A stretch of DNA of 64,000 nucleotides from Longimicrobiales bacterium (GCA_965219445.1 CBDCNQ010000004.1:1056001-1120000); one strand, 5' to 3'; positions 10,414 to 20,470 are shown, numbered from the stretch's first letter. A program made the numbers and translations. Notes: generated from the sequence alone by a model not told the origin.

Positions 10414-10478
10414 TTCGACCTCCGTCTCCAGCGTGAATCCACGACTCTGACCAGCACTCTTATCAAATAGCCCTCTGA
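10414..10478 (-). promoter_or_regulatory. Conserved leader upstream of paralogue 1
   Basis: Minus strand TCAGAGGGCTATTTGATAAGAGTGCTGGTCAGAGTCGTGGATTCACGC...GGAGG, shared with the other two copies. Confidence 0.6.
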
Positions 10479-10487
10479 AGCTGTCTC

Positions 10488-11612
10488 TCAGTCACGGTTG
10501 TCGTCACTCGATCCCTGCGCTTCCATTTTCTCCTGGTAACGCGCACCGCTCAGAACGCCGGCCAGACTGTAGTTGCCCTCGTGGCAGGCGTACTCGTAGA
10601 GCTGGGCGTCCAGCTTCCTGATCGGGATCTCTCCGCCCCAAGCTTCGGTGTACAGCGTCGGATCCTCCACGGTGAACTCGTAAAGGATCGTCTCTTCGTC
10701 GACACGGGTGAAGCGCTCGGTCACCTTCATGTCCTCCGAGGGCGAGACTCCCCGGAGACGCTGTTGTGGATTGATGTTCGTGGTCTCGACTACGAGCGCG
10801 TCGCCCTCCCACCGACCCCAGGAGTTGCCGAAGTACGGACGGATGCTCTTGGGCATCGGGGTGGGCTCACCAAGCCGGATAAGCCGCGCGTCGTGAACCA
10901 TCTCCGACATGATCATCACGTGATCGGCCGTCTGTACGATGATGTAGTTGGAGTTGTACGCTCCGACAGGGATCATGGGGGGGCCGGAAGGGGAGCCGAA
11001 AAGGATGCAGCGCTCGGCGAATGGTCTCAGCTCCGGGTGGTCGTATAAGCCAAATTGGTCCCTGAAGTCCTCGTACTCCTGGACCCGCCGCTCACCCTCC
11101 GGCGTGAGGGCCGGACGGCGCCCATTCGTCGGATGGGTGACCAGAGAGGTTCTGGGCTCGCCATCGACGATCGCTACCCGCGAGCCCCGTTCCCAATAGA
11201 CCTCGTTGTACTCCGCGCCACTCAGTCGACGCTCATTACTCAGAGACTCATCCCGTTGGTTGTCTGCCCTTCCGCACGCGACGGTCCCTGGGTTAGCCGG
11301 GCACCCATCTCCTGGCCGTTCGATCTCCTCGACTTCCTCCCACGTGAACACCGGACCCTTACCCTCTTCCCGCTCGAACGGAGTGAGCGTCGAGTTCGTC
11401 CAGTTCCCCTGAAGGTCCGGATGGCCGTCGGGTGTCCTCGGGACCTCCCATTTTCCGGCGTTGGAGGCTCTGTTCTGCGCCGCCGCGGTCGAGACGACGC
11501 CGGGCGCTGCGGTCAGACAGAGAACGGCTAGAAGTAGAGCGGAGTAACGCGACATCACTTCACGGCCTCGACCACCAAGGCTTCGATCACCCACCGCAAT
11601 ACGATCGCTCAT
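10488..11612 (-). CDS. Uncharacterised secreted protein, YACHEGN family, paralogue 2
   Basis: Tandem duplicate of 9283-10413; GGAGG RBS before ATG 11612. Confidence 0.85.
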   Translation of the reverse strand: MSDRIAVGDRSLGGRGREVMSRYSALLLAVLCLTAAPGVVSTAAAQNRASNAGKWEVPRTPDGHPDLQGNWTNSTLTPFEREEGKGPVFTWEEVEEIERPGDGCPANPGTVACGRADNQRDESLSNERRLSGAEYNEVYWERGSRVAIVDGEPRTSLVTHPTNGRRPALTPEGERRVQEYEDFRDQFGLYDHPELRPFAERCILFGSPSGPPMIPVGAYNSNYIIVQTADHVMIMSEMVHDARLIRLGEPTPMPKSIRPYFGNSWGRWEGDALVVETTNINPQQRLRGVSPSEDMKVTERFTRVDEETILYEFTVEDPTLYTEAWGGEIPIRKLDAQLYEYACHEGNYSLAGVLSGARYQEKMEAQGSSDDNRD

Positions 11613-11784
11613 TTCAACCTCCGTTCCCGCGTGATCCACGACTCTGACCGGCACTCGTATCCAATAGCCCGCTGACGGCCTTATCAAATGGCCCTCTGAC
11701 CTGTGGGGATAACGTGAGGGGCAGAACCGAAGCGGTCAATATATGGGGCCCCACGGCCTGACATATGGGGCGCTAAGGCCTGAC
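11613..11784 (-). promoter_or_regulatory. Leader/promoter of paralogue 2 plus two 22-bp direct repeats
   Basis: TTGACCGCTTCGGTTCTGCCCCTCACGTTATC shared with 58592 onward; ATATGGGGC-N5-GGCCTGAC twice at 11741-11784. Confidence 0.6.
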
Positions 11785-11944
11785 ATGTTTTCGCAACTGA
11801 TGTGGCGCCACGTCCGCTAGCCGTCTTTCGGGTCAGACGCCCACCGCCTAAGGTTCTGGCTCTGCTGAGCAGCGGTTCTCGAACGAGAGGGAGGGAGAGA
11901 TCTCCGACAAAGTCGCGACTTTCGACAATGGGAGGACGGTCTCT

Positions 11945-14161
11945 GTGCTGTTCACCGCGGCCGTCTTCGTGGCGGCGGCGCTGCTCTTCGTCGTGCAGCC
12001 GATGGTGGGCAAGATGGTGCTCCCCCGTGCGGGGGGGGCTCCTCAGGTGTGGAACACTTCCTTGCTTTTCTTCCAGACGGCTCTGCTGGCGGGCTACCTG
12101 TACGCGCACGTCAGTGTCAGATGGCTCGGCGTGCAGCGCCAGGCGCTCCTCCACGTGGCTGTCCTCGCGCTCCCGCTGCTCGTCCTGCCGATCGCGCTCC
12201 CCGATACGTATCCGGCCGAGGGAGCTCGATTGTCACCCTGGGTCCTGGGCGTTCTCACCGTCGCCGTCGGGGCCCCCGTCTTCGTGCTCGCCGCAGCAAG
12301 CCCCCTTCTCCAGCGCTGGCTCGCGTCAACGACGCACGAGGATGCAGGGGATCCGTACTACCTTTACGCCAGCAGCAACGCGGGAAGCCTGGCGGGCCTC
12401 CTCGCCTACCCCTTGCTTCTCGAGCCTTTCCTCTCCGGTAGCGACCAATCGCGGCTGTGGGCGTTCGGCTACGCAGGGTTCGTCGGGCTCGCGCTCCTGT
12501 GTGTCTTTACGGCGCTGTACTCCGCGCGCATGCGACCCGAGGCCCTCACGTCGCCGCTTCGCGAATCGAGTCCAGTCGAGGGTGCGAGACGAGTCGACGG
12601 TGCCGTCACGTCGCAAGACCGCCTTTTCTGGGTAGCGTGTGCGGCCGTCCCGTCGGCCCTGCTGCTCGGCGTGACTCAGTATTTGACGAGCCAGATCGCA
12701 CCGGTATCACTCTTATGGGTTCTCCCGCTAGCGGTGTACCTCGGAACCTTCATCGCCGCTTTCTCGCGACGCGAGGTCGTGGCCGTGTCATGGTCTTCCC
12801 GTGTCCTGCCGATCCTCACCATCGTGATGACCGTTGTCCTGGCTCTGCGGATCGACCGCCCGGCTTGGGCCATCACCCTCCTCCACCTCGCCGTGCTCGC
12901 GTCGGCCGGAATCCTGTGTCACCGACGTCTCGCAGAACGCCGACCGCCCACGACCCATCTCACGGAGTACTACCTCCTCATCACCACCGGCGGCGTCCTC
13001 GGCGGCGTCTTCAGTGCCCTCCTGGCTCCGTACCTGTTCAACTTTCTGGCGGAGTATCCGATCGCCATCGTGCTGGCTTGTCTCTTCCGGCTGCCGATCT
13101 CCGCGAAAAAGCGGGAGGTGGGCGTGAGCCGCTTCCTCTACAGGGGGCGGAAGCTGGACGTCCTCCTTCCGGGGGCGCTCGCCCTTTACATGCTCACTCT
13201 AGCGTCCTTCATCGAGTGGTTGCCAGCCAGCGTGACCGCGATTTTTCTAGTGGTCGTGCCTGGAGCCGTCTGTTTCACCTTTTCCCCGCGTCCCATGCGC
13301 TTCGTTCTCGGCCTCTCGGTCCTCCTCGCATCGGCCGAGTCTGGTCGGATGTACGGAGGGAACCTTCTCCACGGTGAGCGCACTTTCTTCGGGATCTACC
13401 GCGTCTCCCATGACGTCTCGAGTCAGGTCAATATCCTGTCCCACGGATCGACCATTCACGGTGTCCAAAGCGTAGATCCCGCCCGGGCTCGTGAGCCCCT
13501 CGCCTACTATCACCCTACCGGACCGGCGGGTAACGTCATGCTCGCGACGGCCGGGCAACCAGAAAAGCGCAATGTAGCGCTCGTGGGCGCCGGCACGGGG
13601 GCACTCGCGGTGCTTGCAGGTCCCCACCAGTCCGTGACGCTGTACGAAATCGATCCGGCCGTCGTAAGGATCGCGGAGGAGTCAGAGTATTTTACCTATC
13701 TGTTCAATTCACGCGCCTCCATCGAGACAGTGGTCGGCGACGGGCGCCTCGCCTTGTCCCGGAGTACACGACGCTTCGACCTCATCGTGCTGGACGCGTT
13801 CTCATCCGGAACGATCCCCCTTCACCTTCTCACGCGCGAGGCGCTCCTCTTGTATTTGGATCGGCTCACGCCCGGTGGAGTGCTTCTCTTCCACATCTCC
13901 AATCCCTATCTGGAGCTCGCGCCTGCTCTCGGAGCACACGCCCGTGACCTCGGGCTGGCCGCGTTCGAGTGGGCAGATGAGAGAGGGGAAGCGGACCTCG
14001 AGCGGGGGATCTTCGGATCACACTGGGTGCTTATCGCGCGGACCATGGAGGACCTGACATACCTACCGACCGCGGGGTGGCGGCCACTCGACACGCCACC
14101 CGTTACCCGCGCGTGGACCGACGACTTCTCCAACCTTCTGTCGGTGCAGGTGTGGAATTGA
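11945..14161 (+). CDS. Fused MFS-like membrane domain / spermidine synthase-like SAM-binding protein
   Basis: LLFVVQPMVGK..LP..GG, WNT..LFFQ, DPYYLYASSNAGSL, HGSTIHGVQ, VGAGTG, YEIDP, GDGR, LDAFSS, WTDDFSN. Confidence 0.9.
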   Translation: MLFTAAVFVAAALLFVVQPMVGKMVLPRAGGAPQVWNTSLLFFQTALLAGYLYAHVSVRWLGVQRQALLHVAVLALPLLVLPIALPDTYPAEGARLSPWVLGVLTVAVGAPVFVLAAASPLLQRWLASTTHEDAGDPYYLYASSNAGSLAGLLAYPLLLEPFLSGSDQSRLWAFGYAGFVGLALLCVFTALYSARMRPEALTSPLRESSPVEGARRVDGAVTSQDRLFWVACAAVPSALLLGVTQYLTSQIAPVSLLWVLPLAVYLGTFIAAFSRREVVAVSWSSRVLPILTIVMTVVLALRIDRPAWAITLLHLAVLASAGILCHRRLAERRPPTTHLTEYYLLITTGGVLGGVFSALLAPYLFNFLAEYPIAIVLACLFRLPISAKKREVGVSRFLYRGRKLDVLLPGALALYMLTLASFIEWLPASVTAIFLVVVPGAVCFTFSPRPMRFVLGLSVLLASAESGRMYGGNLLHGERTFFGIYRVSHDVSSQVNILSHGSTIHGVQSVDPARAREPLAYYHPTGPAGNVMLATAGQPEKRNVALVGAGTGALAVLAGPHQSVTLYEIDPAVVRIAEESEYFTYLFNSRASIETVVGDGRLALSRSTRRFDLIVLDAFSSGTIPLHLLTREALLLYLDRLTPGGVLLFHISNPYLELAPALGAHARDLGLAAFEWADERGEADLERGIFGSHWVLIARTMEDLTYLPTAGWRPLDTPPVTRAWTDDFSNLLSVQVWN

Positions 14162-14220
14162 TCATCGGTGACTTTCACCCTCAAAGCCGTAGTCGCACCC
14201 GCCGTTATTCCAAACAGCAA

Positions 14221-14249
14221 TGGCCGGAGGCGACATTCGCCTCCGGCCA
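14221..14249. terminator. GC-rich hairpin
   Basis: 13-bp stem TGGCCGGAGGCGA / TCGCCTCCGGCCA. Confidence 0.5.
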
Positions 14250-14301
14250 CGTCGAGCCCGCTGGTGCATCTAGCTTGGGAGCTGGTCTATCCAGCTTGAG
14301 A

Positions 14302-14347
14302 GTTAGGTACCGAGCGTTTCGAAGGTTAGGTACCGAGCGTTTCGAAG
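14302..14347 (+). repeat. Perfect 23-bp tandem duplication
   Basis: GTTAGGTACCGAGCGTTTCGAAG twice. Confidence 0.9.
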
Positions 14348-14355
14348 GTTGGCGC

Positions 14356-14529
14356 GTCCAGCCCGCAGACCGTCCCACCATCCTGAGAGTCGAGGGACTC
14401 GTTGTCATGCTCGGCGCCGTGGCGGCCTTTCAGGCATTGGACGGGTCCTGGGGCTTCTTCGACCGCGCCCTGGGCTACGGGCTGAAAGACGTCTCCGGCT
14501 TTAAGAACACGCATCTTCATCGTGTATGA
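14356..14529 (+). pseudogene. DUF4260-like membrane protein with internal deletion
   Basis: N-terminal LRVEGL joined directly to C-terminal FDRALGYGLK..GFKNTHL; central helices absent; no clear start codon. Confidence 0.65.
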
Positions 14530-14666
14530 GCCCTGGAGGGCCGGGGGGCCGGGCTAGCTGACAAGCGATTGCTACTGTCACATACAGCACGAGGGTCGCG
14601 CGCTGCGCACGCGGAGGGCAAATTGGTCACGCGTCGAAGGGTCGAAGCTCAGTGAAGGAGGGCTGT

Positions 14667-15596
14667 ATGCGGTTCGCCGTGGTCGGCACAGGCGGTGTGG
14701 GCGGGTACTTCGGGGGGCAGCTCGCTCGGGCCGGCCACGAGGTACACTTCATCGCGCGCGGTCCGCACCTTGCCGCCATCCGGGAGCACGGCCTCCGCGT
14801 CGACAGCATCGGGGGAGACTTCGTGGTCAATCCGGTGGACGCGACTGATGATTCCGCTGCCGTGGGCCATGTCGATACCATTATCGTTGCCGTGAAGACA
14901 TGGCAACTCGCGGAGGCCGCAGGGCAAGCCCGGTCCCTCGTAGGCAGCGAAACTGTCGTGCTCCCATTGCTCAACGGTGTCGACGCATCCAACGAACAGA
15001 TCGATATACTCGGCCAGGATCACGTACTCGGTGGCGTTTGCCGGATCGCGGCGGAGATCGCTGAGCCGGGTCGCATCCGTCACAGTGCGATAGAGCCTTC
15101 CATCATGTTTGGTGAGCTTGACAATTGACAGAGCGCCCGAGCGGTGGCACTTTTGGGCGCCTTGGTCGACGGGGGAATTCAGGCCGAGATCGCGCCGGAC
15201 ATCAACGTCGCGCTTTGGGAGAAGTTCATGTTGATCGCCACATGGAGTGGCATTGGCGCTGTGACCCGAGCTCCGGTCGGCGCTTGGCGTGCATCGCCCG
15301 GCTCGCGCTCGATGGCGGAAGCATGCCTTCGCGAGATTCTAGAGCTGGCCCACGCGCGCGAAGTACCCATGCCGAACGATCACGTCGTGACAATGTTGAA
15401 GGTCATCGACGGCGTCCCCCCCGAAAGCATGGCCTCCATGCAGCGAGACATCATGTCCGGGCGCCCCTCGGAGCTCGAGGCTCAAAACGGGGCAGTGCTT
15501 CGGCTCGGCGCCGCGGCAGGCGTGGCCACCCCGACGCATTCGTTCATCTACCACAGCCTGCTTCCTCAAGAGGACGTGGCCCGTAGCAATTTGTGA
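14667..15596 (+). pseudogene. panE: 2-dehydropantoate 2-reductase with in-frame TGA at 15126-15128
   Basis: GTGGVGGYFG, AVKTWQ, LLNGV, WEKF, SMQRDIMSGRPSELEAQNG; ORFs 14652-15128 and 15144-15596 share one frame. Confidence 0.85.
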
Positions 15597-15618
15597 TGAA
15601 GGCGGTCGATAGGGTGGT

Positions 15619-16143
15619 ATGATGAGAACCATCGTGTCGTTAATCGAAGGCGAGTTCCACCGCTACAAGGCCCTTGGCGAGGGCGCCCTGGATCAGATGA
15701 CGCCCGAGCAACTCGTGGAGGGCTCCACGGTGACCAATTCGATAGCGACGCTCATCTGGCACGTCTCCGGCAACCTCGAATCGCGGTTCACGGACTTCCT
15801 CACATCTGACGGTGAAAAGCCCTGGCGTGACCGGGAGTCAGAATTCGAAGCTAGAAGTGCGTCGCCCGTCGAGATCCGGGAGAAATGGGACAGAGGCTGG
15901 GGCGTGCTGCTCACTACGTTGAGTGAGCTTCAGGATACCGACCTCTCGAGAATGGTCACGATTCGGGGGGTTGAGTCGAGGGTGGACGAGGCCCTTTTCC
16001 GATCGCTCGCGCACACGAGCTACCACGTCGGGCAGATCGTGTTCGCCGCGAAACGTTTTCTCGGAGAGTCGTGGAGATACCTCAGTATCCCGCCTGGGGG
16101 CTCCGCGGCTTCGCGTTTCCCTAGAACGAAAACAGGTACGTGA
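15619..16143 (+). CDS. DinB-like (DUF1572-type) protein
   Basis: NSIATLIWHVSGNLESRFTDFLTSDGEKPWRDRESEF; HTSYHVGQIV; LSIP. Confidence 0.85.
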   Translation: MMRTIVSLIEGEFHRYKALGEGALDQMTPEQLVEGSTVTNSIATLIWHVSGNLESRFTDFLTSDGEKPWRDRESEFEARSASPVEIREKWDRGWGVLLTTLSELQDTDLSRMVTIRGVESRVDEALFRSLAHTSYHVGQIVFAAKRFLGESWRYLSIPPGGSAASRFPRTKTGT

Positions 16144-18397
16144 CCTTCAGGAGGAGCTGCCGATCGCGGAACTCCTCTATGAAAGGATCCAAGGCGATGG
16201 GAGTATCGCGACGCACTTCGTCGTAGACGACGTAGATGTCGCTTCCGGGTCGGAAGATGTAGCGGAGCCTCGCGCTCGTGCTCCACTGCTCGGACAAGGA
16301 ATTGTACTGCGTGAGGCTCCGGAGCGAGACAGTCGGCGAGAAGGCATAGTCGATCTGGAGCGATGCGATGTCGGCTTTGAACGCGCCGTTCGGTATTTCC
16401 ACGTCGTTGCGCGATACGCTCGCGGACGTGGCGAGCTGGTCGGTCACCCGGAGGCCGGCTGTCACCCTCAGGTCCGTCCGGTTCCCGTCGTAGAACGTTT
16501 GTGGCGAATAGCTGAGGCGGTAGAAGAACTGGCGCGAAGGATCGCTGCGGAACGAGAAGCTCCAGGAGTGGAACCGGTACTTCCCGGGGTCGATTGCCAC
16601 TCCTCCGACGCTGAACGGATTGTCGATCCGCTCGAAGACGCGATTGTGGGTGACGGTGAAGTTGGCACCGTTGTCGAAATTCGTGCCCACCATGTTGTGG
16701 AACTCGCGCGTCATGAGACGACCAGTCTGGTCGGTGATGTTGACCACGTTCCACATCGGATCCATCATCCGGATGCCCCACTTCCCGGGTCTCGGGTTGA
16801 ACTCGAGGTGGAGCTTGCTTCTACGCATATCCACTCGAGGCACGAACCCCACTTCCGGATTGAAGTTTTCTCCCAGGTCCGTGTACTCGGTGTAAACCCG
16901 CCATGACTGGTCGAGCCACCCCGCCCGGAGGTGGGCCCCAAAATCTCCCCCGGATATGCCACGTGTCGAGGTGCCCGCGATGAACCCGTCAACCGTGAGA
17001 GCCGACGTGAGCGCGAGGTTCATGTCGGCGGCATACGTCCGATTGAAGTGTCCCCCGGAATTGGCTTGCTTGTTGATGACGATCCCCCCGATCTGGGATC
17101 GTCCCAATACGTCCCTGCCGTAGCGAGCGACAAAAAAATTCTCCCCCGGCTGCCCGAACGCGTCGTCGGTTTGGAGATCCATGACCGCGATGTTGTTCCC
17201 GCCCACTTTGCCCGTAACGCGGCCGCCACCAAGAATGGGGATGCTCGCGCCGCTTTCGTTGAGGCCGATCCGCCGGCTGAAGAAGAGGTCCGCGATGCGC
17301 CCGAGGGTATTAGGCGTGCCGACGGCGAACTGGCCCGAGTTCTCGAGGAAGAAGTCCCTTTTTTCCGGAAAAAAAAGAGGGAAGCGGGTCAGATTCACCT
17401 GCTCGTTGTCCACCTCGGCCTGCGCGAAATCCGTGTTGACAGTGACGTCGAGGTTCAGGCTCGCGGTCAGGCCGTACTTGACGTCGAGTCCGATGTCGCC
17501 GTCGGTCGAGTTGTCTGCGTTCCCCGCGTCCAACGTTCTCCGCCCTCCGCCCGTGACGAACGGCTTGACGCGAAGGTCGAGCCCGCTGTCGAGCGATCCC
17601 AAGTCCCTCAGGCTCCCCGCGAGGCTGACTCGGGTCAAGCTGAAGGCGCGAGGGATCGGTGCCCAGAACACCTGCTCGTTCTTGCGGCGAATGTTGCGCA
17701 TGAAGTTGATCCCCCAGGACTGGGGATCTGCGTCCGGGAACCTGAGCGTGACCATCGGGATCTCGATCTCCGCCACCCACTGGTCCGACGCCCGCGTCGT
17801 GGCGACGGACCAGACGCCGTCCCAGTCCCGGTTGATGGCGTTGGCGGTGGCCCGGCGATCGCGCCCGCCCTCGTCGAACACTTGCTGGTCGAGCTTCGCC
17901 CCCAGTGGCGTGACGACGAACATGTAGGCGGACCGTAGGTCCATGAACGTGTCGAGGATGATCTGGAAATTGTCCTCGTCCAGGATTCGGTCAGCGTCCC
18001 GCCTCATTTCGGTGGCGACCACACCCTCCGGGTCCGAGTCGAAGGCGCGGACGCCGAGAAAGAGGCTGCTCCCATCGTACAGCACCCGCACCTCGGTCCT
18101 TTCGCTCGCTGGTGCGCCCTCGTCGGGCTCCTGCTGGGTGAAGTCGTCGATGAGGGCAGCGGACTCCCAGAGCGCCTCATCCAACACTCCGTCGATCTGT
18201 GGGCGCTGCTCTACCTTCACCGCGTTGACTTGGTATTCCTCCCAGCTCTCTTGGGCCCGGGCCGGGGGTGCCGCGACGAGCGCGACGATGAGCGGGAGTG
18301 CGAGTGCCACAGTGAGGCCCTGCCGCGACGGACGTCGCTTCGGTGGAAAGGGCACGGGCGCCACGCGTTGCTCGAGTGTCGAGAGAACCTGCATCAA
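16121..18397 (-). CDS. CBM9-like / DUF5916 outer-membrane protein
   Basis: Signal peptide, PQIDGVLDE..W, TEVRVLYD, NTDFAQAEVD..QVNLTRFPLFFPEKRDFFLE, LFFSRRIG, C-terminal YLFSF. Confidence 0.88.
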   Translation of the reverse strand: MMQVLSTLEQRVAPVPFPPKRRPSRQGLTVALALPLIVALVAAPPARAQESWEEYQVNAVKVEQRPQIDGVLDEALWESAALIDDFTQQEPDEGAPASERTEVRVLYDGSSLFLGVRAFDSDPEGVVATEMRRDADRILDEDNFQIILDTFMDLRSAYMFVVTPLGAKLDQQVFDEGGRDRRATANAINRDWDGVWSVATTRASDQWVAEIEIPMVTLRFPDADPQSWGINFMRNIRRKNEQVFWAPIPRAFSLTRVSLAGSLRDLGSLDSGLDLRVKPFVTGGGRRTLDAGNADNSTDGDIGLDVKYGLTASLNLDVTVNTDFAQAEVDNEQVNLTRFPLFFPEKRDFFLENSGQFAVGTPNTLGRIADLFFSRRIGLNESGASIPILGGGRVTGKVGGNNIAVMDLQTDDAFGQPGENFFVARYGRDVLGRSQIGGIVINKQANSGGHFNRTYAADMNLALTSALTVDGFIAGTSTRGISGGDFGAHLRAGWLDQSWRVYTEYTDLGENFNPEVGFVPRVDMRRSKLHLEFNPRPGKWGIRMMDPMWNVVNITDQTGRLMTREFHNMVGTNFDNGANFTVTHNRVFERIDNPFSVGGVAIDPGKYRFHSWSFSFRSDPSRQFFYRLSYSPQTFYDGNRTDLRVTAGLRVTDQLATSASVSRNDVEIPNGAFKADIASLQIDYAFSPTVSLRSLTQYNSLSEQWSTSARLRYIFRPGSDIYVVYDEVRRDTPIALDPFIEEFRDRQLLLKVTYLFSF

Positions 18398-18645
18398 GCG
18401 TAGCGGCCTTCGAGGGCGGCATTAAGATGGGCGACGGCATGAGACATGGCAGACAAGATGTCTGTGATCCGTACGAGGCGGCAAGGATCTCCCCCCTCGA
18501 AGCCTCGATCGGCGAGTCTCACGTGATGCCGAATCAGAAGGCAATGGACCGCCGAATGGCTCGAATTCGATCAACTGCGGTACGAATCCTGCGGCAGATG
18601 TCATAGACGACGGTAGCACTCACTCGGAGTGGAGGCGCGACGACC

Positions 18646-19284
18646 GTGTTTGACAAGACGACCAAAGACCGGGAAGTGACCGGACGGGCGCGGAAGACCG
18701 CGGAGACAGGGGAGAGCATCTTCTCGGTAATCTCGAGGGACATGCACATCGACGGAAACTGTGAGACAGACGGCCAGTTACGAATAGAGGGGAAGATCTC
18801 GGGCAATATCACCGCCCACGCCGTCGAGTTGGTGGCGTCAGGCTCGGTAGACGGAGACGTCGTTGCAGCCGAAGAAGCCGAATCAGACCAGACCTTCATT
18901 ATCAGCGGCCTGGTCACCGGCGCCGTCCACGCGGCTAAGGTCGAAGTACGGCTGGGCGGCAAGGTGCACGGCGGAGTCGTCGCGGACGAGGCCGTCATCC
19001 ACGGTCAAGTGCACGGCGGAGTCGTCGCGGACGAGGCCGTCATCCACGGTCAAGTGCACGGCGGAGTTCTCGCGCGGAACCGGCTGGCCCTCGAGGAGAC
19101 GGCCGAGGTCGAGGGCGATGTCCACGCCCGTCGACTCGCGCTCAAAGAAGGGGGACAGGTGAACGGCAATATCAGCATGGGAGAGCGCGCGGACCTCGAG
19201 TCCTCGGCTAAAAAGCCTGCGCCTGTCCCAGATCCGGTCGAGGATGAGGACGAGGTCCTCGTTTCGGCGGGACCCCGCACATAG
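18646..19284 (+). CDS. Bactofilin (polymer-forming cytoskeletal protein)
   Basis: SVISRDMHIDG..ETDGQLRIEGKISGNI, VEGDVHARRLALKEGGQVNGNISM beta-helix pattern. Confidence 0.85.
   Translation: MFDKTTKDREVTGRARKTAETGESIFSVISRDMHIDGNCETDGQLRIEGKISGNITAHAVELVASGSVDGDVVAAEEAESDQTFIISGLVTGAVHAAKVEVRLGGKVHGGVVADEAVIHGQVHGGVVADEAVIHGQVHGGVLARNRLALEETAEVEGDVHARRLALKEGGQVNGNISMGERADLESSAKKPAPVPDPVEDEDEVLVSAGPRT
18964..19067 (+). repeat. In-frame 45-bp perfect tandem duplication in bactofilin
   Basis: GTGCACGGCGGAGTCGTCGCGGACGAGGCCGTCATCCACGGTCAA twice, plus a 14-bp partial copy. Confidence 0.95.
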
Positions 19285-19356
19285 AGCCGACGGGCGTGCC
19301 CGCAGGCCGACCCTCGGGATTACGCCGAGCCTTGGGACTACATGGTCACTCCATGA

Positions 19357-19391
19357 CCGTACGTACGTTCCTGTCGCAAACGTACGTACGG
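19357..19391. terminator. Hairpin between convergent genes
   Basis: 13-bp perfect stem CCGTACGTACGTT / AACGTACGTACGG. Confidence 0.55.
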
Positions 19392-19417
19392 CCCACCGAG
19401 GAGTGTAACGTACGAAC

Positions 19418-20470
19418 CTACGGACGCACCCGTATGTACTTTCGGAGCTGCCGCGGCCGAGGTTCCCCTCCGTACATGTTACCCTCACGATCCACCGCGA
19501 TGAACTCCGCCCCGTTCCCTGACGTGTCGCGGGGATCCGCCCAGGGGAAGCGGATGAACTCCGTCACCCAACCCGTCTCGATCTCCCCGATCCGAATCCC
19601 CATTTCCCAGCCCGGGTTCTGCACGTCGTCGGATTCGGAGTCCGCCACGTAGATCTGCCCGTTGTTGTCGAAGGCGATTCCGCTGGGGCGCCCGAACTGG
19701 GTCCAGGTCGCGATGTGATTCCCCTGCTGGTCGAAGATCTGAATGCGGCTGTTGCTCCGATCTCCCACGAAGACCCGCCCGCTCGCGTCGATGTCGATGG
19801 CGTGGAGCGTACGGAACTCGCCCGGGCCGTACCCGGTCTGTCCCCAGGACATGAGGAATTCCCCCCGGCGGTTGAACTTTACCACACGGTTGTTGCCGGT
19901 ATTGCCGTGGCCATCCGCGACGAAGATATCCCCGTTTTGGGCAATGGCGACGTCGCTCGGGGACGTAAAGTGATCCGTGCCACCCCCCTCCTCTCCGCCC
20001 GTACCCAGCGTCATGAGCACATCGCCGGTTGGGCTGAACTTGATGACCTGGTGGCCCCGCTTGTCACCTGCGGGAATATTCCCCGAGCTCACGCCGTCCG
20101 TGACCCACACATTGCCATCAGAATCTACGTCGATGCCGTGCGGCCAGATGAACATCCCGCCTCCGAAGCTCTCCACCACGTTGCCGTCGGGATCGAATTT
20201 GATGGCCACGTCCAGATCGGAGTCGCGGCACTCGGTCCCGAACCTGTCGCCCCCCGCATCGCAGCGGACGACCGCCCAGATATGCCTTCCATCCGGATCG
20301 ACGGTAGCCTTGCCCACGGCCCCCATCTCTCTTCCACCCGGCAGCTTCGCCCAGCCGTCAACGATCGCGTACGCATTCGAGGAGTTCTGAGCGACGGCCT
20401 GTTCGGTCGAAGCAATCAGAGCGATGGCGAGCAACGTGGCAAGCCACACAACGGATCTGGGAATCGACAT
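19418..20470 (-). CDS. NHL-repeat protein, peptidyl-alpha-hydroxyglycine alpha-amidating lyase-like, secreted
   Basis: Signal peptide; WPHGIDVDSDGNVWVTD, PSDVAIAQNGDIFVADG, VGDRSNSRIQIFD. Confidence 0.88.
   Translation of the reverse strand: MSIPRSVVWLATLLAIALIASTEQAVAQNSSNAYAIVDGWAKLPGGREMGAVGKATVDPDGRHIWAVVRCDAGGDRFGTECRDSDLDVAIKFDPDGNVVESFGGGMFIWPHGIDVDSDGNVWVTDGVSSGNIPAGDKRGHQVIKFSPTGDVLMTLGTGGEEGGGTDHFTSPSDVAIAQNGDIFVADGHGNTGNNRVVKFNRRGEFLMSWGQTGYGPGEFRTLHAIDIDASGRVFVGDRSNSRIQIFDQQGNHIATWTQFGRPSGIAFDNNGQIYVADSESDDVQNPGWEMGIRIGEIETGWVTEFIRFPWADPRDTSGNGAEFIAVDREGNMYGGEPRPRQLRKYIRVRP

Noticed and set aside
9283..11612. Diversity-generating retroelement TR/VR pair
   Set aside because: Both copies are full genes, differences are not adenine-specific and no reverse transcriptase is present
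15126..15128. TGA in panE as selenocysteine
   Set aside because: The position is a linker rather than a catalytic Cys, and no convincing SECIS-like hairpin follows
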